From positions 25,670,001 to 25,734,000 of the forward strand of contig CM052818.1 of the NCBI GenBank assembly GCA_028534125.1: a stretch of DNA of 64,000 nucleotides. Reading direction: 5' to 3'. The position numbers were made by a program, and so were the translations under genes. The notes below the pieces were generated by a model that had not been told where the DNA came from, did not search any database, and saw nothing but the letters and a program-made list of their open reading frames with translations. The stretch is from Lama glama. Lineage: Eukaryota. Shown here one piece after another: positions 27,801 through 42,800 of the stretch. The number at the start of each line of letters is the position of its first letter. The stretch's first letter is position 1.

Positions 27801-30800
27801 CCCACTAATGCCCCTTTTCTGCCTCATGATTCAATTTAGGATCCCATGTTGCATTTAGTTATTGTTATCTCCTTAGTTTCCTCTGTGACCCGTTCTTTAA
27901 TCTTTCTTTGTCTTTTATGATCTTGATATCACTGAAGAGTACTGCTCACTTACTTTGTAGACTGTCCCTCAATTCGGTTCATGTAATATTTTCTTCTGAA
28001 TGCATTGAGGTTATACATTTTTGACAGAATACCACACAAATGATGTGCTTTTTCAGTGCATCACATGAGAGGGACATAATGTCAGTATGTCTTATTACTG
28101 GTGATGTAAATCAAGTAATTAACCAAGATGGTGCCCTTGGCTTCTAATTGTTCACATTGCTATCATGCTAAGATCTTTACTGGAGCAGACACAACTGAAG
28201 TAGTAGCACCCTCACATGGGGTGGGAACAGAAGGCACAGGCCTTCCTGGCCTTTCACAAGTAGCTGAGATAGCCGGAGCCCTGAACAGAGCCCTGAGAGA
28301 CCAGAACACAGGACATAAGACATCTGACCAAGGAGCTATGAGGTAACACATTCAAGAAGTCAAGTTGCTGTCAGACACAGGCAGGAGACCTTGATCAGCC
28401 AGGCAGCACAAGGGCGGCCCTTCCTCCAGGAGAAGGGAAGCTGACGCAGAAAGTATTTGTGTCTTTCTAGGTTTCTGCTCCTCCTTTCCTTCATCCTCTA
28501 CTTTGGTTTACTTTAGTTTTCTTTGACTATGCCTTCTATATTCAGCTGATCTCTGATCTTAACAAAACCTCAGTAAGAATATGCACCTTTGGGGGTAATT
28601 ACTTCAAGTTAATTTCTGTCAACTGCCACAAATAACAACACCCCTGCCAATCACCTTGCATTCAGCCATCTGTCCCCTGAAGACAGATGGGGGTGCACCT
28701 GCAATCCAGTACAAAACTACACCACTGAACCCTGGAGATAACACATGAACCAAGGTTCTTTCTTGTTTTCAAAAATTGAGATATAATTCATATACCCTTT
28801 TAAAGTGTACAATTCAGCAGTGTTTAGTATATTTACAAGTGGTATGCAACCATCACCATTGTCTAATTCCAGAATCTTTTCATCACCCCAAAAGAAATCT
28901 CGTACCCATTGTCATTCCCCACTCTCCTCTATCCCCAGCCCCGGGCAACCCACTAACCTACTCTCTATCTCTATAGATCTGCCTATTTGAACCAAGGTGC
29001 TTTTGATCTCAAATGATAACTAGGATGATCTCGATCCAGTTAACCCAGGACACACACATATACACACCCATGATGCCTGACTAACAATACCTCACCTCGC
29101 TTTTTGATACACTGGACACCCCCTTCCACCCCGTCCCCCTAACTGTGTCTCAGAGGTGATCTATTTGCATTTGACCTCTTCAGGGTACAACCCATTCCAC
29201 CCTTTCACTTCTGTCAAATATCACGTTATGTTCTATCAGGGTTTTGCAATTGTCAGGTAATGCTTAGGTAAATGTATCTCTGCCAAGGTGCTAAGGAGTA
29301 ACAGATTTAGATTTTAATGGATAACTTCTGGACTCTCAGGCTCAGCTAGGATGACCATCTGACCCAATGTTTGGCAGTATTTCAGTTTATGCCTGTTGCC
29401 CTGGCTTAATTATTAACAGCATCCCCTTTCCCTCTCAAAAGTGTCCTGGTTTGGGTGTTTAATTATATGGTCACCCAGCCTTAACCAAAATAAACGACTA
29501 ATCATGGTAATCACAGGCACTGTCAGGCCAACAGGGGAAGTATATTTAGGGAAATGAAGTTTTAATCTCTCTCACATTGCACCATAGCTCTGCATTCCCA
29601 CATAAAATTTAAATTCACCAACCTGTAGGAATCAGGCTTTCATCCACAGGCAAAAAAGCATCAGCTTCTATAGTGACTTCATGGTCATATATATTTGGGG
29701 AACCCTGAGAGGGAAAAAGTAGAGAAGGAAAAGAAGATTTAATGCTAAGCCTTACTTTATATATTTGTTTTATAACTTCTTTTGCAGAAACATTTTCAAA
29801 CATTGACAAAACCTTTAGAAATTCCATTTGACCTATGAAAATGATTAGTATGTTAATTTACATTAGGTAGATAGGGTCTCAAAATAGCAGTGATACATTT
29901 AAAGAAAGCTTTCAAGTGGGACCCCAGCATGCATTTTCTTTTCTGAACGCAATTATGAAGGTGAAACATCAGACAGACAACAGTGGTTTGAAAGCCTTTC
30001 GGATTTGGGCTTATTAGCAGAGGGGTTTCTTCTACTCTCCTCACAAGCCAGGCAAACAGAAGACCAAGGGTTGGGGACCTGTAACACACAGGAGCTGGAC
30101 CGCCAGAGCACAGCCACCGGGCTTGCTAGGGGTGACCATGTCACCCCTTCTCTGGCCTAGTTCCCACCCAGTGGACCCACTCCCTGCCACATGGCAGAAG
30201 CCTGGGAGTCAGAACTGGGGTCCTATCTCCTCCATAAAGATGCAGCCTGCCCTGCTGGGAGAGTCAGAGGCTGGTGGTACACGAAGCACTGGTCAGTGGT
30301 CAGAAAGGCTTGGTCCCAGACCCCAATGACTGGCCCCAGCGAAGTCACTGAACCTCCTAGAATCTCTTTTTCTTCTGTGTAAAACCGAGCCGACGATGTC
30401 CCCATTTTTCCCAGGGTTCTTGCAGGGAACAGCTCAGAACAGACGTGCTATGCTGCTTGCAAACTGGAAAATACACATGTGCAAATGTTTCTAATAAGAA
30501 GGACCATATTTTAATAGGAGGATTTTTAAAGATTCCCAGCAGGAGATGTGAAAAGGGAATCAGGTGAGGGCTTTTACTGAGTGAATGCTCAAAAACAAGG
30601 TAAATCAGTAGTTCTCAACTGGGGATGATTCTGCCCCACTGGGCAAATTTGACGGCATCTCGAGACATTTTTGCTTGTCATGACTGGGGGTGGGAATGCT
30701 GCTGAGGAAGCAGTTGTGGGGAGAGGCCAGGGATTCTACTAAACACACTACCATGCCCAGGACAGCCTCCCGACCTCTGCAGTAAGTAACCACCTGGCCC

Positions 30801-33800
30801 ACAATGTCAATAGTGCCGAGGCTGAGAAACTCTGAACTAGGCTAAACTGAAGGCTCTGTGGGTTCCTAAGAAGGAAGTACACAGAGAGAGGCAGAGCATT
30901 CTCGGTTAACTTAAAACAAATTCTACGGTCAGAAAGACTCAGCTTCACAAAATCAAATGGAGTCACCCTGAGGAGAAAGGCCAAGATGTTAGACACCATA
31001 AGAATCGACGTCTACACATGACAGAAATCTGGCTGATTTACACTACCAGGAGCCTCTGTTTCTGAAGAGCTGTGAGTCTCTTGTATTGTCCCAGCTGGCC
31101 AGGGGTAGGAGGGGGTGGGAGACAAGGCTGGGGCACAGGCCTCTCTGCTCACACTGTCTTAGCCACTTGTTTGGTCCCTGATCTGACCTGGGAAAGCAGG
31201 TTCAAAGTGGAAGGGGCCTGTACCCCTGCCTAGAGCAGTTCTAGCCTGGGGTTGGGGGGGTCTCTCTCCTGTGTGGCTCTCCCTACTGTCATCCCCTCAT
31301 GCCTCAGGGCTACTGCCAGCAAGGGGAGCAGATGTGAGGGAAGAGAATTTGGGATTGTTTCTTTGGCTTTATCCATTTAATGCTCAGTTCAAAGTTGAGT
31401 AGTATTCCATTGTATGAATATATTACAATTTGTTTACCCATTCTCCTGTTGATGTGTTGTTTCGAGTTGTTTTTTTTTAATATTATGAATAAAGCTTCTT
31501 AGGAATGTCTTTTTTCCATTTTTTTTTTAGCGCTAGGGCAGGAAGAAAATGATTCAACATGAAAATCACACACCAAATAAATTGAGTCTGAGATGTTAGG
31601 AAGAAGACTGGGAGGAGAAGGAAAGGAACACGACTAGGCACCCACTGGTCATCGTTGGGTCACTAAGCAGCCGTAACATTCCTTCAGTAAAGGAAGCATG
31701 CTTTTCATTTTATGACTCTCCTGACCTGGAATAATGCAATGATCTACTCTGGCAGAATACTACTGTTAGACTATTTTCCTTGGCAAGGAATGTTGATTCA
31801 CAAACAGAATTTGAGGCACATCTCTGAATTCTGTTTGCTTTGGTTGACTTTGTTTGGCTGCTACCAGTCTGTAATATTAACCATTTATAGAGCTTATTGG
31901 GCCTTGCATGGTGCTTTAAGGACCTTTTTGTGCATTGCCATTACTGCTGCCTTAATTCAACTCCTACCAGGATATAATAGACACTATTGGTAACTGCCCA
32001 AAAGCCATCACAATTCCATTAGCAGCACTTTCCCTTTCCCTTGGCAGAACACTGACTTGTTGATTTATCCTGTCCTAGGCCATACATTCAGGGAAAGGAC
32101 CCCTACCCTGATCCCAGAGGGCAAGTTTTGATTTGTCTATGCCAATCATGGTGGTCTAATTCCTTTGCTGGTCACTGAGTTAAGCAGGGCATAAGACATA
32201 CTTCTGGCCAAGAAAATGTGACAGAAGGCCTGCTGAGGAGCTTCCAGGAAGAGTTTTATTCATTCTTAAAAATGGAACATTAGAGCTGTGAAAAAAAGGA
32301 ATTGGTCTTTCTTTTTGTCTCTGGATGTGACTATATGAAGAGGTGATTTCTAGAGCTGTGGCAACCATCTTGTGACCATGAGGGGAAAAGCCTGAAGACA
32401 AAAACCATAATACTGAAGAAGCAGAATGGAATGATGAAAGAACTTGGGTCCTTGAGGACATACCTACCCAGTCATACCAGGACTGTAGCTATTGCTTTTT
32501 ATCTCACGTTGCCCCTGGTCTGCTTTCATAGCTCTTTAGGCAAAGTTTCAGTAAAAAAAAAAAAAAAAAAAAGTTCTCCCAGTTTTGCATTAGATAAGAA
32601 AGAACAGTCAAGAAAACCCCCAACCAACCTACAACCTACATACCTTTTCCATTCTTTGAAAAACATAGTGCTCTCCTCCCCCCAGGCCTCCAACACTCAA
32701 ACTTAGATGTGATGAGTCAAAGTTTGACCCTGAGTAGGACAAAAATACTGCTTATTAAATAAAAAAAAAACCAAACAAAAAGAAAATATATAAGATGAGC
32801 TGACTATTTTAAATATTAAATTTTGAACTATTTCCCTGAGGACGGTTTAAGACACATAATGTTTTTCCAGGTAGGGCAAGAGATGTTCTGAAAATACAGG
32901 AAGACCCAGGTGGGATTACTGCCCATCAACCCTTACCTAAGTGTTCCAAAAGGCTGGTGGCCCCCACCTAGCCTCATCCCTGACCTAGTGGCTGTAGATT
33001 TGAGCTGCACTTACTAAGACAGCACACAGAAGAGAGCTGACCCTGACCACCTTCTGGGTGGGGTCTGTGATTCTGGAAACTGTTTAACCTCTGAAAAGAA
33101 ATTTAGAAATACCTGTTACTCTAAGTAAGTCCCTGTAGAACTTCACGCCTAAGTTCTCTTTCTAATTCTGAATATATTCCTTGAGACCACCCCTCTGGTT
33201 ATAAAATAATATGTCTTAAGCATACAAAAATGTGGAAACTAGTGAAAAATCACCATGATCTACTACCCACACAAAACTATTAATATTTTGTTCTGTTTCT
33301 GCCAAGTTTCTTTCTGAAGTTATTTTAAAAAGTGGGGTCTTCATGCCAATGATTGCAGAGCCTCTTATGGCTATGCATGTTTGTTTTGCTTTTGTTTTTT
33401 GATTTGTCTTTAAGATCTCAAGAAAAAGGGTGGATGTTCCTGAAGAGAAGGAACAAGCAAATGAAGAACCATCTTTCTTATTTCCAAAGGAAGGACCTCA
33501 GAAATTATGTAAGAACCAGTTAACTCATGCTATTTGAAAAAATCCTAGGGAAAAAAACCCCAGCAGATTAACAGCAAACTCCTAAAAAGGTATACAAATA
33601 CAAGGCAATACTAGTTGGCTATGAATATCTTGTGGTAGGAAATCATGTCAAAGGGATTCAAGTATGGTGGACAATAATGAGTTCCTCAGATGAAAAGGAA
33701 GATAGATAGAATCTACAGAGCTTAGCCAAGCTCTCTATTCCATCTCATGTAATAGCCTCCTCAGCAAGCTAAAATATTACCATTAGGAGGGAATGAAGTA

Positions 33801-36800
33801 GTTTAGAAGGAATTACCTAAGGGGGGCTGTCAGTGTCTCTCCACTACTCTTAGGGTGGGCTGTACAGTGGGAGCATACAAATATTGGCGGCATATCTAAA
33901 GGGGCCAGGCTAAGCACATTTCTGAGGATCCAAGGGTGGGAAAGTGCCTTAATTGGAAGTAATCATCCTAGGGGGCTGGGGTAGGCGTGGAACAGGAGAA
34001 GCAAATGTAAGCACATGTTACAGTTAGATGAAAGGGAGTTCTTGACACAGCTAGTTATTTGTCTGAGAATGTGGGGCAGCACGATGTACTCATTCTATCT
34101 TTCCCTACAACATCCGTTTGTTGAGCACCTATTATGAGCTAGATGCTTTGCTGGGCACTTTTACTCACCATGGGGATGACTCCATCGCCAGAGTAATTCC
34201 ATCCTGGGTTAGTCTCTCCAGTCACTCCCCCAGGTCATCCCACAAAGCACATCGCAGGAGAGAAGAGGCAAGTTTGACACTTAACACTGCAGCAGGTAAG
34301 CAGAAGCAAGTTCACTTACCTGGCCTGCCAGGTTGAAGTAAGAATGGTTGGTCAGATTGACTGGTGTAGTCTGACTGGCTTGTGCTCGATAGTTGACCAC
34401 GAGCTCCCCGCCATCCAGCGTGTATGTCACCCAGACTTTTAACTCTCCGGGGTAACCTTCCTCTCCATCTGGGCTGACCCGCGAGAACTCCACGCCATTT
34501 GACAGCACCCGAGGGGTCCAGAGGACCTGGAAGAAAGTGTTTTTAAAGCTGTTTAGTCACTCCAATCCCAAGCTAAATGACACATTTCAATATTTAAAGG
34601 CAACTCAGAATCTAAAAAATAAAACAAACTAGTGAATATTAAAAAAACAGAAACAGACTTACATGATATTGTCAATTGTACCTCAATAAAAATTCTTTAA
34701 AATATATAAAGACAATTTATTCTAGGAAGAGAGGTGGTTATATAATCACTAAGGTGGCTGAATGATAAATAGCCTAGATTTTAATTATTCTAAAATTTTG
34801 TTTTACCTGGAAAAATGTCTTTTGAGAGAAAAAGTTTTCTTCTTTACCTAATCACATTTCCCATACTCGTTCTCCCTAAATTTACATGTATATTATCTAC
34901 AATAGCTACACACAGCTAATAAGACAGTGGATTTGAATCAAGTGGTCTGATCCTGAGCCTGCTCCTTTATTCCACACCATTAGAGGATGAGGTAGCCAAA
35001 GACCCCCGCCAGACCCTTTGGGGAGCCCTGGGGTCACTAGTAAAGGGGCCTTTTGCAGACACAAGACCTCCTTTTGTTGGGTACTCATCAGCCACTGACC
35101 TGGTACTCTACATAAACCACTTTGTAAGGTAAGAATTTGGTTGAACCAAATGAAATTACCATCTTTATATGTCAAAACAGTTGAACACTGGCAATTTCAC
35201 ATGACGCCAGCTAATGATGTTACCCCCATTTTACAGATGAGCAAATTGAGTTCAATGGAGTTAACTCGCCCACTTCCACCTCCCACATTCCAAAGGATGG
35301 AGAATCTTTTCATACTTGATTAAAGGGAAAAAAAATCTTATTACACATAATTAGTGACAGAGCTAGGATTCAAACTTAGCCTGACAGTCTACACTATTCC
35401 ACGTTACTTTAAGTGAATGTTTTGTTCCTATCTTCAGTTTCAAATAGCAGAGCTGAGGCCAAACACTGTCCTTCCAAATAAGAGTTCGAAGATAATAGCT
35501 TCTGTGGACCAGAGGACCGGACCACAAGCCCAGGCTCTGCCCACCTACTCCTGGCATGGCCTGGATCTCTTATGGGCACTGCATTTGCCAGGAAGGGGAG
35601 CTCAGTGGGAGCAGAGGTCTCTGCAATCACCTACAGTGAAAGCAGCTGTATTTGAAACAAATTCACTGACTTTAGTGAAAAATTAATTTTACACCCTAAT
35701 TATCTCCAGAAATGTTGAACTTTCAAGACACTTAAAATATAAACCCTGTTATATGGTGTGATTAAGAAAAGAATAGGAGAGGAGAGGGTATTAAAAAAAG
35801 GATCCTACTATATAGCGTGGAGAACTTAATTCAATACTTTGTAATAAACTGTAATGGAAAAGGATATGAAAAAGTATATATATGATAAGTGAATCACTTT
35901 GCTGTACACCAGAAACAAACACAACATTGTAAATCAACTACACTTCAATTAAAAAAAAAAGAACCAACCCTGCCCATAACCTTAAATTTCAGACTTTTAG
36001 CCTCCAGAACAGAGAAAATAAATTTCAGTTGTTTAAACCATAAAAAAAGGAAATAAAAAAAGAAAAGGAATCCCCTAAATAGAAAATTTTAGGAATAAAA
36101 TATTTGAAATAAAATGTTCTTAACTTGCTACCGAGTTTTTCTCCCTTAGAGAAAGGACACAATGGAAAGGTATTTGTGTAAACCAGTATTATCAGATAAG
36201 TATAATTCTGTGGAAAGTATAATTCCTATTCATGGAAGAATTTCTTTGACTCTATAGTTTCCAAATTTTCTGAAAATTTCCAAATTTGCATATCTAGTCC
36301 TACAGACACCATTTCTAATCCTGTCAGGTTACTTAAATTTCATCTTTTAAAAGAATGTGTTGGTATAAATAGAAAAACACACACCTCCAAACCAATAATT
36401 ATTCAGTAATTGTTGAGCTCAAATACAACTTAAAACAAAGTTCATGTGATACTGTGCACATTACTTCATGAAAACCTACTGTTCAAAAACTTTCAGTGGC
36501 TCCATGATTAGTTCCAATTCTTTCCCCGCCCCTCTGTGGGCTGTTGCACAGCCATTCTCTCCAGTATCCATTTATTAAATGAAATGCTGACTCTTGTCAA
36601 ATCTCACCTCGCTTGTTGCTATCAATCTGTCCAGACCCGGTTCCTATAGCATACCACTGGCATCTGTATCACAGGCTTGTTGCCTCCTGTAACCATTACT
36701 TGTGTAAGTGTCCGGCTCCCTCACTATGTTGGAGTCTCCGGAATCCTCATCTGTTTATGCTCTCTGGTCTACACAAGGGGCTCAGCAGGCACAGTGCATT

Positions 36801-39800
36801 AAAAGATAGATGTACTCATTCTCTTGCTACGTTTGTTCATAAGGGCACATCCATTAAGCGACACCACAGAAAATACCACAGTGGAACAAACCAGAACAAG
36901 GTGCTGATCTGAGGCTCTTTTGAAGATCCCTGTCCAAACAAAGCTGGGCCTAACTTCCTGTGGTTGAGGTCTGCCCATGGGCCTGGCACATCCCAGAGAC
37001 CCTGTGCCCTAGTATTACCAGGATAGAGGCTACTCTCTGCCTTCGTGCTTCCCTGGTGGGAGGAGCCCCACATGGAGGAAAGGGGAAGTGATGGAGCCGT
37101 CTGGCTCCAAGCCACAAACAGGAAGCTGGTAGGACAGGGGAACAGAGAGTGATCAACTTCCTTCAACGGGGCAGGAGGCAGGAAGAGGCAGAAAAGAAGA
37201 AACTGTGATTCTTAGCTGTCATACATGTTTCTCTCTTCTCTGGCTCTTCTAGGAAACAGCCTGAGTGGTATAATTTAAAGAAAACTAACTACCAAAATTA
37301 CCTTTCTGAAGCTGACAAGTGAGAGAGTCACTAGGGTTAACCTGCAGACTCCCACACAGCTTCAAGTAGGAGGTCAGGCATTTGTACCTCAGGGAGAAGC
37401 TGTTTGATCAATTTGTTTTCCTAACCTGGTTTTTCAGGGATTCACGTGGGGAATGGAGTTTTAACGTGGAAAGGGGGAACTGGGGAGAAACTGAGGTCAT
37501 TTTGAGGCCTGAAGCACTTCCGTGGAAGGCAGGCCTGGATGTGGCACCACACGGCCCAGGGAAGAGGCTCACCGGCAGATACAGGGGGTGTGTTGGATTG
37601 GGGGCACCCAGAGCAACCATGGAGGACAACAGCAACTGTAGTATAGGAATGAGGGCTGCCTTGGGTCAGGCAGCCCAACTTAGGCGCTATGTGGCCTTTC
37701 AGAGCTTCAGATTTCTCCTTTGGTGATAATACAGGGTTCTAGTAAGAATGGGAGATAATATATGCAGATGCATTGTGCAGAAAGTCGAAGGTATTTTTAA
37801 TCCACTTTTCTGTTGTGCCTAAGGTCCACCCAACTCTCTGATCCCAAATCTGTGAGAAACGTGTTCCCTGTCTTTCAAGTCGAGGGCTGTCAACCTTTCA
37901 CTCTGGGTTCCCCAGCCTATTACAGTCAGATGAGCTAGAGAAGGATGGGTCCTGGAACAGAGCCAGCACATCTGCTCCCCAACCACTCCTCTTTCCTGTA
38001 TCACCTTACTGTGCATTTGCTCTAGGGCCTACAGTTGTGCCTGGAAAACAGATTTGTTGGAAGGTACTTAGTGAAATGTGCTAAGAGAGGACTCTGTCCA
38101 ATGCTCCAGACTCACCTTGTCAAACCCTCTGACACCTCCATGCAGGCTGTTGGGCCCGTTGTTAATGGCCAGTTTATACTCCTTCCCATCCAACATGAAT
38201 GTTCCTTTGGCAATTCGGTTGGCCACCCTTCCAACCACTGCTCCAAAGTAGGGCTGCTTTTGGAAGTACCCTGCAAGGACATGGGATGACAGAGTCTTTT
38301 AAAACTTCAAACCAAAGATAAGGCTCACACCACTGTCCACTTCCTTCTGACGGCAACTTGGGCACATTCACGTCCTCATGGAAAAATCATGTTCTTTACA
38401 CATGAATTTTTCCCTTTCTAAAAGTAATTCATGTTCTTTATAAACATTTAAAAAGAACTTTCTAAAGCACAGAGAAGAAATTTAAATCATCCCGATCTCA
38501 TCACTAGAGAGAACGAACCACTGTTACACACTGTAAATATATCTTTCCGTCTTTAAGTATATGTCTACGTGTGCTTTTCTTGTTTTTATACAACTGGGGA
38601 CTTTATACACATGCTGCCTTGTAATCTGCTTCTTTCTAGGCCAATTTTTCTAACTAAAAATTATATTTTTGTGTACTCTTGAGAAGAAACTATCTTATAC
38701 TTCTCTTATTATTTTTTAAAAACATTAGTACATAAAAATACCCTTTAAAGAGCATTAAATACACAAGTATATAGCTTAGGCTTACCAGAGGAAATCTAGG
38801 ATGTCCAGTTAAGTCTGAATTTCAGATAAACAGTGAATAATTTTTTAGTATAAGTATGTCCTTATTATTATTATACATGGGCCATACACTTAAAACATAA
38901 TCATTTACCTAAAACTCAAATTTCATTGGGTGTCCTATATTTTTATTTGCTAAATCTGGCAACCTTAACAAAGAGAAACACATGAAAACCTTCCTTCAAC
39001 TCTTAACTCCTTTCCCTCCCAATGATAACCACCACTAACAGTCTGAGATATATACAGTTTGAACTGCTTATTTTTGTTTTTAAATTAACTACATATAAGC
39101 ACAAACAAATACACACATACATGTTCTACACAGAGACTCAGATTATACACATTGTTTTGCAACTTTTCATTTATCAAATGTCCTAAGATCCCTCCCTGTG
39201 TCTACATATCCATCTACCATATTCCTTTTGTCAGCTACATGGTATACTGATGAGTGTAAACTGTTGTTGGGCGTTGAGTAACAAAAGTCCCCAAGTGCCA
39301 AACACTTTTCTTGGTTTTGCTTCATCTGCTCTTGTTTTAGTTCTTAAGAGACTTAATTTTTTAGAGTAGTTTTAGGTTCAAACAAAACTGGCAGAAGGTA
39401 CAGAGATTTCCCATATACTCTCTGCCCTCACACATGCATAGCCTCCCCTATTAAAAACTTTCCCAGCCAAGTGGTACATTCATTATAATTGATGAACCTA
39501 CATTGACACATCATTATCTCCCAAAGTCCATAGTTCACACTAGGGTTCACTCTTGGTGTTGAACATTCTATGGGTTTGGACAAACATATAATGACATACA
39601 TCTATCATTGTAATATCATACAGAGTATTTACACTGTCCTAAAAATCTTTTGTCCTCTGCCTATTTATCCCTCCCATCCCTCTAGCCCCTGGAAACCACT
39701 GATTTTTTCACTCTCTCCATAGATTTGCCTTTTTCAGAATGTCACAGAGTTGGAATTACACAGAATACAGTCTTTTCAGAAAAGATGGGCTTCTTTCACT

Positions 39801-42800
39801 TAGTAATAGGCATTTAAGTTTCTTCCATATCTTTTTGTGGCTTGATAGCTCATTTCTTTTTAGCATTGAATAATATTCCATTGTCTGGATGTACCACAGT
39901 TTATTTATCCATTCACCTACTGAAGGACGTTTTGGTTGCTACCAAGTTTTGGCGATTATGAAAAAAGCTACTATAAACACCCATGTGCATGTTTTTGTGT
40001 GGACATATGTTTTTAACTCCTTTGAGTAAATACCAAGAAATATGATTGCTAGATTATATGAATATACGTTTAGTTGTCTAAGAAAATGCCAAACTATGGT
40101 CTCCCAAAGTAGCTGTAACCACCAGCGATGAGAGTTCCTGTTGCTCCACATCCTTGTCAGCATTTGTGTATCAGTGTTCTGGATTTTGGCCATTCTAATA
40201 GATCTCAATGTTGTTTTAATTTGCATTTCCCTTATGACATATAATGTGGAACAAATTTCATTTGCTTTTCAGCTCAAAAATGTAAAAGCAGAACTTTTTC
40301 CAAAAGTTATTTGGCTATAGCTCTTTTTGACTCCTACCTTGACAAAGCCCCTACTCTCTGCCCCCCACGTGCTTGGCATCAGAGAAGAGGACAAATCCAA
40401 AAGCAAGGCTACGGCCTCACGGGCTTGCAAGAATTCCCTCAGAAGGGACCACTTTCTGTTGACAATTAATAAGCTCACAGAGGTAAGAAGCACTTGTCAG
40501 ACCTTGGTTAATTAAGATGAAGTTTTTAAGGATTAAACCATAAGGACAGCAAAAACCACTGCTCCCAACTGTCTCTGAGAAAGTCTTCAGAACAAATGGA
40601 CTTTACACTATTTTCATATATTACTAAGCTTTTAAATCAAATCAGAATTAAGAAAAGTGACAGTCTCCAAATTCTGAATAGGACTAAAAAGCTTGTTTTG
40701 AAAAGTAGAAAATACTGTTTTCCATGAGAACGGGCAGTTTCTACGGCATGAATGTTGATTTAATCAATTCAATTGCTGATGTGGGATAATGGTTAGAAGA
40801 AAATTTTGTCCTTTCTCTAGGCAAGGGACTGCCCAGAATATATCAATAAGTGCTTGACAAGGGGTATGGCCCTTTCCACTCCTCTAATATCCCAAAGATT
40901 CCAGTTATGACACCCACCCCAAGCCTTAGCCATTAGCCAGAGCGCCTGAAAGTCTCAAATAAAATTTCTCATGATTCTCAGTCAAAACATCCACATCCTG
41001 AATGACTTGCTTTTTGCTTTTTTGAGGAAAACAAACACTACTTTGACAAATGCTTTAAGCATCCCAAATATTTTATATATTTTTAAATGGCTGATGGTTG
41101 TCCCAGACGAATCTCCATGCATTTTGTGTATTGTTAACAAAGTGAAATAAAAAGTTCAGAGTGTGAGGGAAGATATTTGGGGGCAAAAGAAGGAAAGGAG
41201 ATTAAAATTATTAATTGTTCACTATAGTCAGACACAATCACAGCCAATAGCACATCTGATCATCATTATCCATTTGTTTCAGACAAAATAGGTCTAGAGA
41301 GGTGAAATAACTTGCCCAAGGTCATAGTTTTAAGGGACAAAGCAGAGATTTAAACTAGGAATCCTCAATGCTCCTATAAGGACACTCTTGGCCATCTGTA
41401 ATATGGCCATCTGTAAAAAACCACAGTCTCTAAACCGGTCTCTCTTCTTCCCACTCCCTTTTATAAACTCAGGTTTTTCCAAAACACTAAGTTTATTTTT
41501 TCTAATCTTTCCATGATGGTTCTCATGGCAGTAATAGCTGGGTGTTGGTGTTAACTGGGGGAAAGATAAAGGGGAAGGAATCACATTGCATGTATGAGTA
41601 GGTTATTTACACCTGTAGCTTATAAGCAAATATTCTCATCACTGGTTTTGAAAGAAGTCATAATGACTGCAGGTGGAACATGCAGATGAAAAACATTTAA
41701 AGATATTTTCAACACAAAAAATGGCAAGGAAAAAAGAAAAAACAAACAAACAAAAAACCTCAGGAGGCACTACTGATTTTCTAGCCTTTACTAAAAGGTC
41801 ATAAGATTTGCCTTTTTAGAATTCTACAGAAGATCTCATTTTCCTAGGGAGGAATTGAACCATTCTGACCTCTGGTCATGGCCATCGTCCAAGCAGTTTA
41901 TATAATCTATCTGGGAAATTGGAGATAGTTCACATCTAACCTGACAATTACAAAAGGACCATGTCTCATGGAATTATTCATGCTTCTCTCTTCCCTGTGG
42001 CTCAAAACATTTCTGGGACATGATAATGTGAAGACAACCACTTACTCTGTCACATCTTATTGCTTTAAACTGTTTGCCTCAGTTTGTACAATACTTACCT
42101 ACCCAGACATTCTAAAAGACTAGAGTGAAAATTAAATCTCCTTCCTATTCCTGTACCCCAGCTACCTTTCTTTTCTTTTCTCTTCTTCTTTCTCTTTCTT
42201 TTCCTTCCTTCCTTCCTTCCTTCTTTCCTTCTTTTTTGTTCCTGAAGGAGGTAGTTAAGTTCATTTATTTTTTTATTTTAATGGAGTTACTGAGGATCCA
42301 ACCCAAGACCTCGTGCATGCTAAGCGCACACTCCACCACTGAGCTATATCCTCCCTGCTAGCTACCCTTCTTAAAGACATCTCTGTCACCAATTTCTTAA
42401 CATGGGTTTCAACACACTAGGATTGATCAAAATAGTAGCAGACCACCATTTTACACTATTCTGATTGAGACAATTATGCTGTTACGACATATATGAAGTC
42501 TTCCATATCTTTGACAATACTAAAAAACTGAAATACTACAAAATGTACTAAATATGACAAAAACATAAAGACAGGGCTTTAAAAACAGAACAAAGGTCCA
42601 CTTGCAACTCAAAGATGGCTGAACATATTAGAAAGCCTTATTAGATATTCTGAAGGCTTTTTTCTTTTGAAAATAGCTTGCCCTCTTTAAATAATTAAAC
42701 TATGTAAATTTTAACATTGGATTGAAAATGTCTGTCTTGATCTAGCACCTAGAATATTTTAGACGCTTTGATTCCGCCTGGCATTTTGTGACGCCTGTGA

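Noticed and set aside
39939..40226. 95-aa ORF as a host gene
   Set aside because: It is a decayed LINE-1 ORF2 C-terminus
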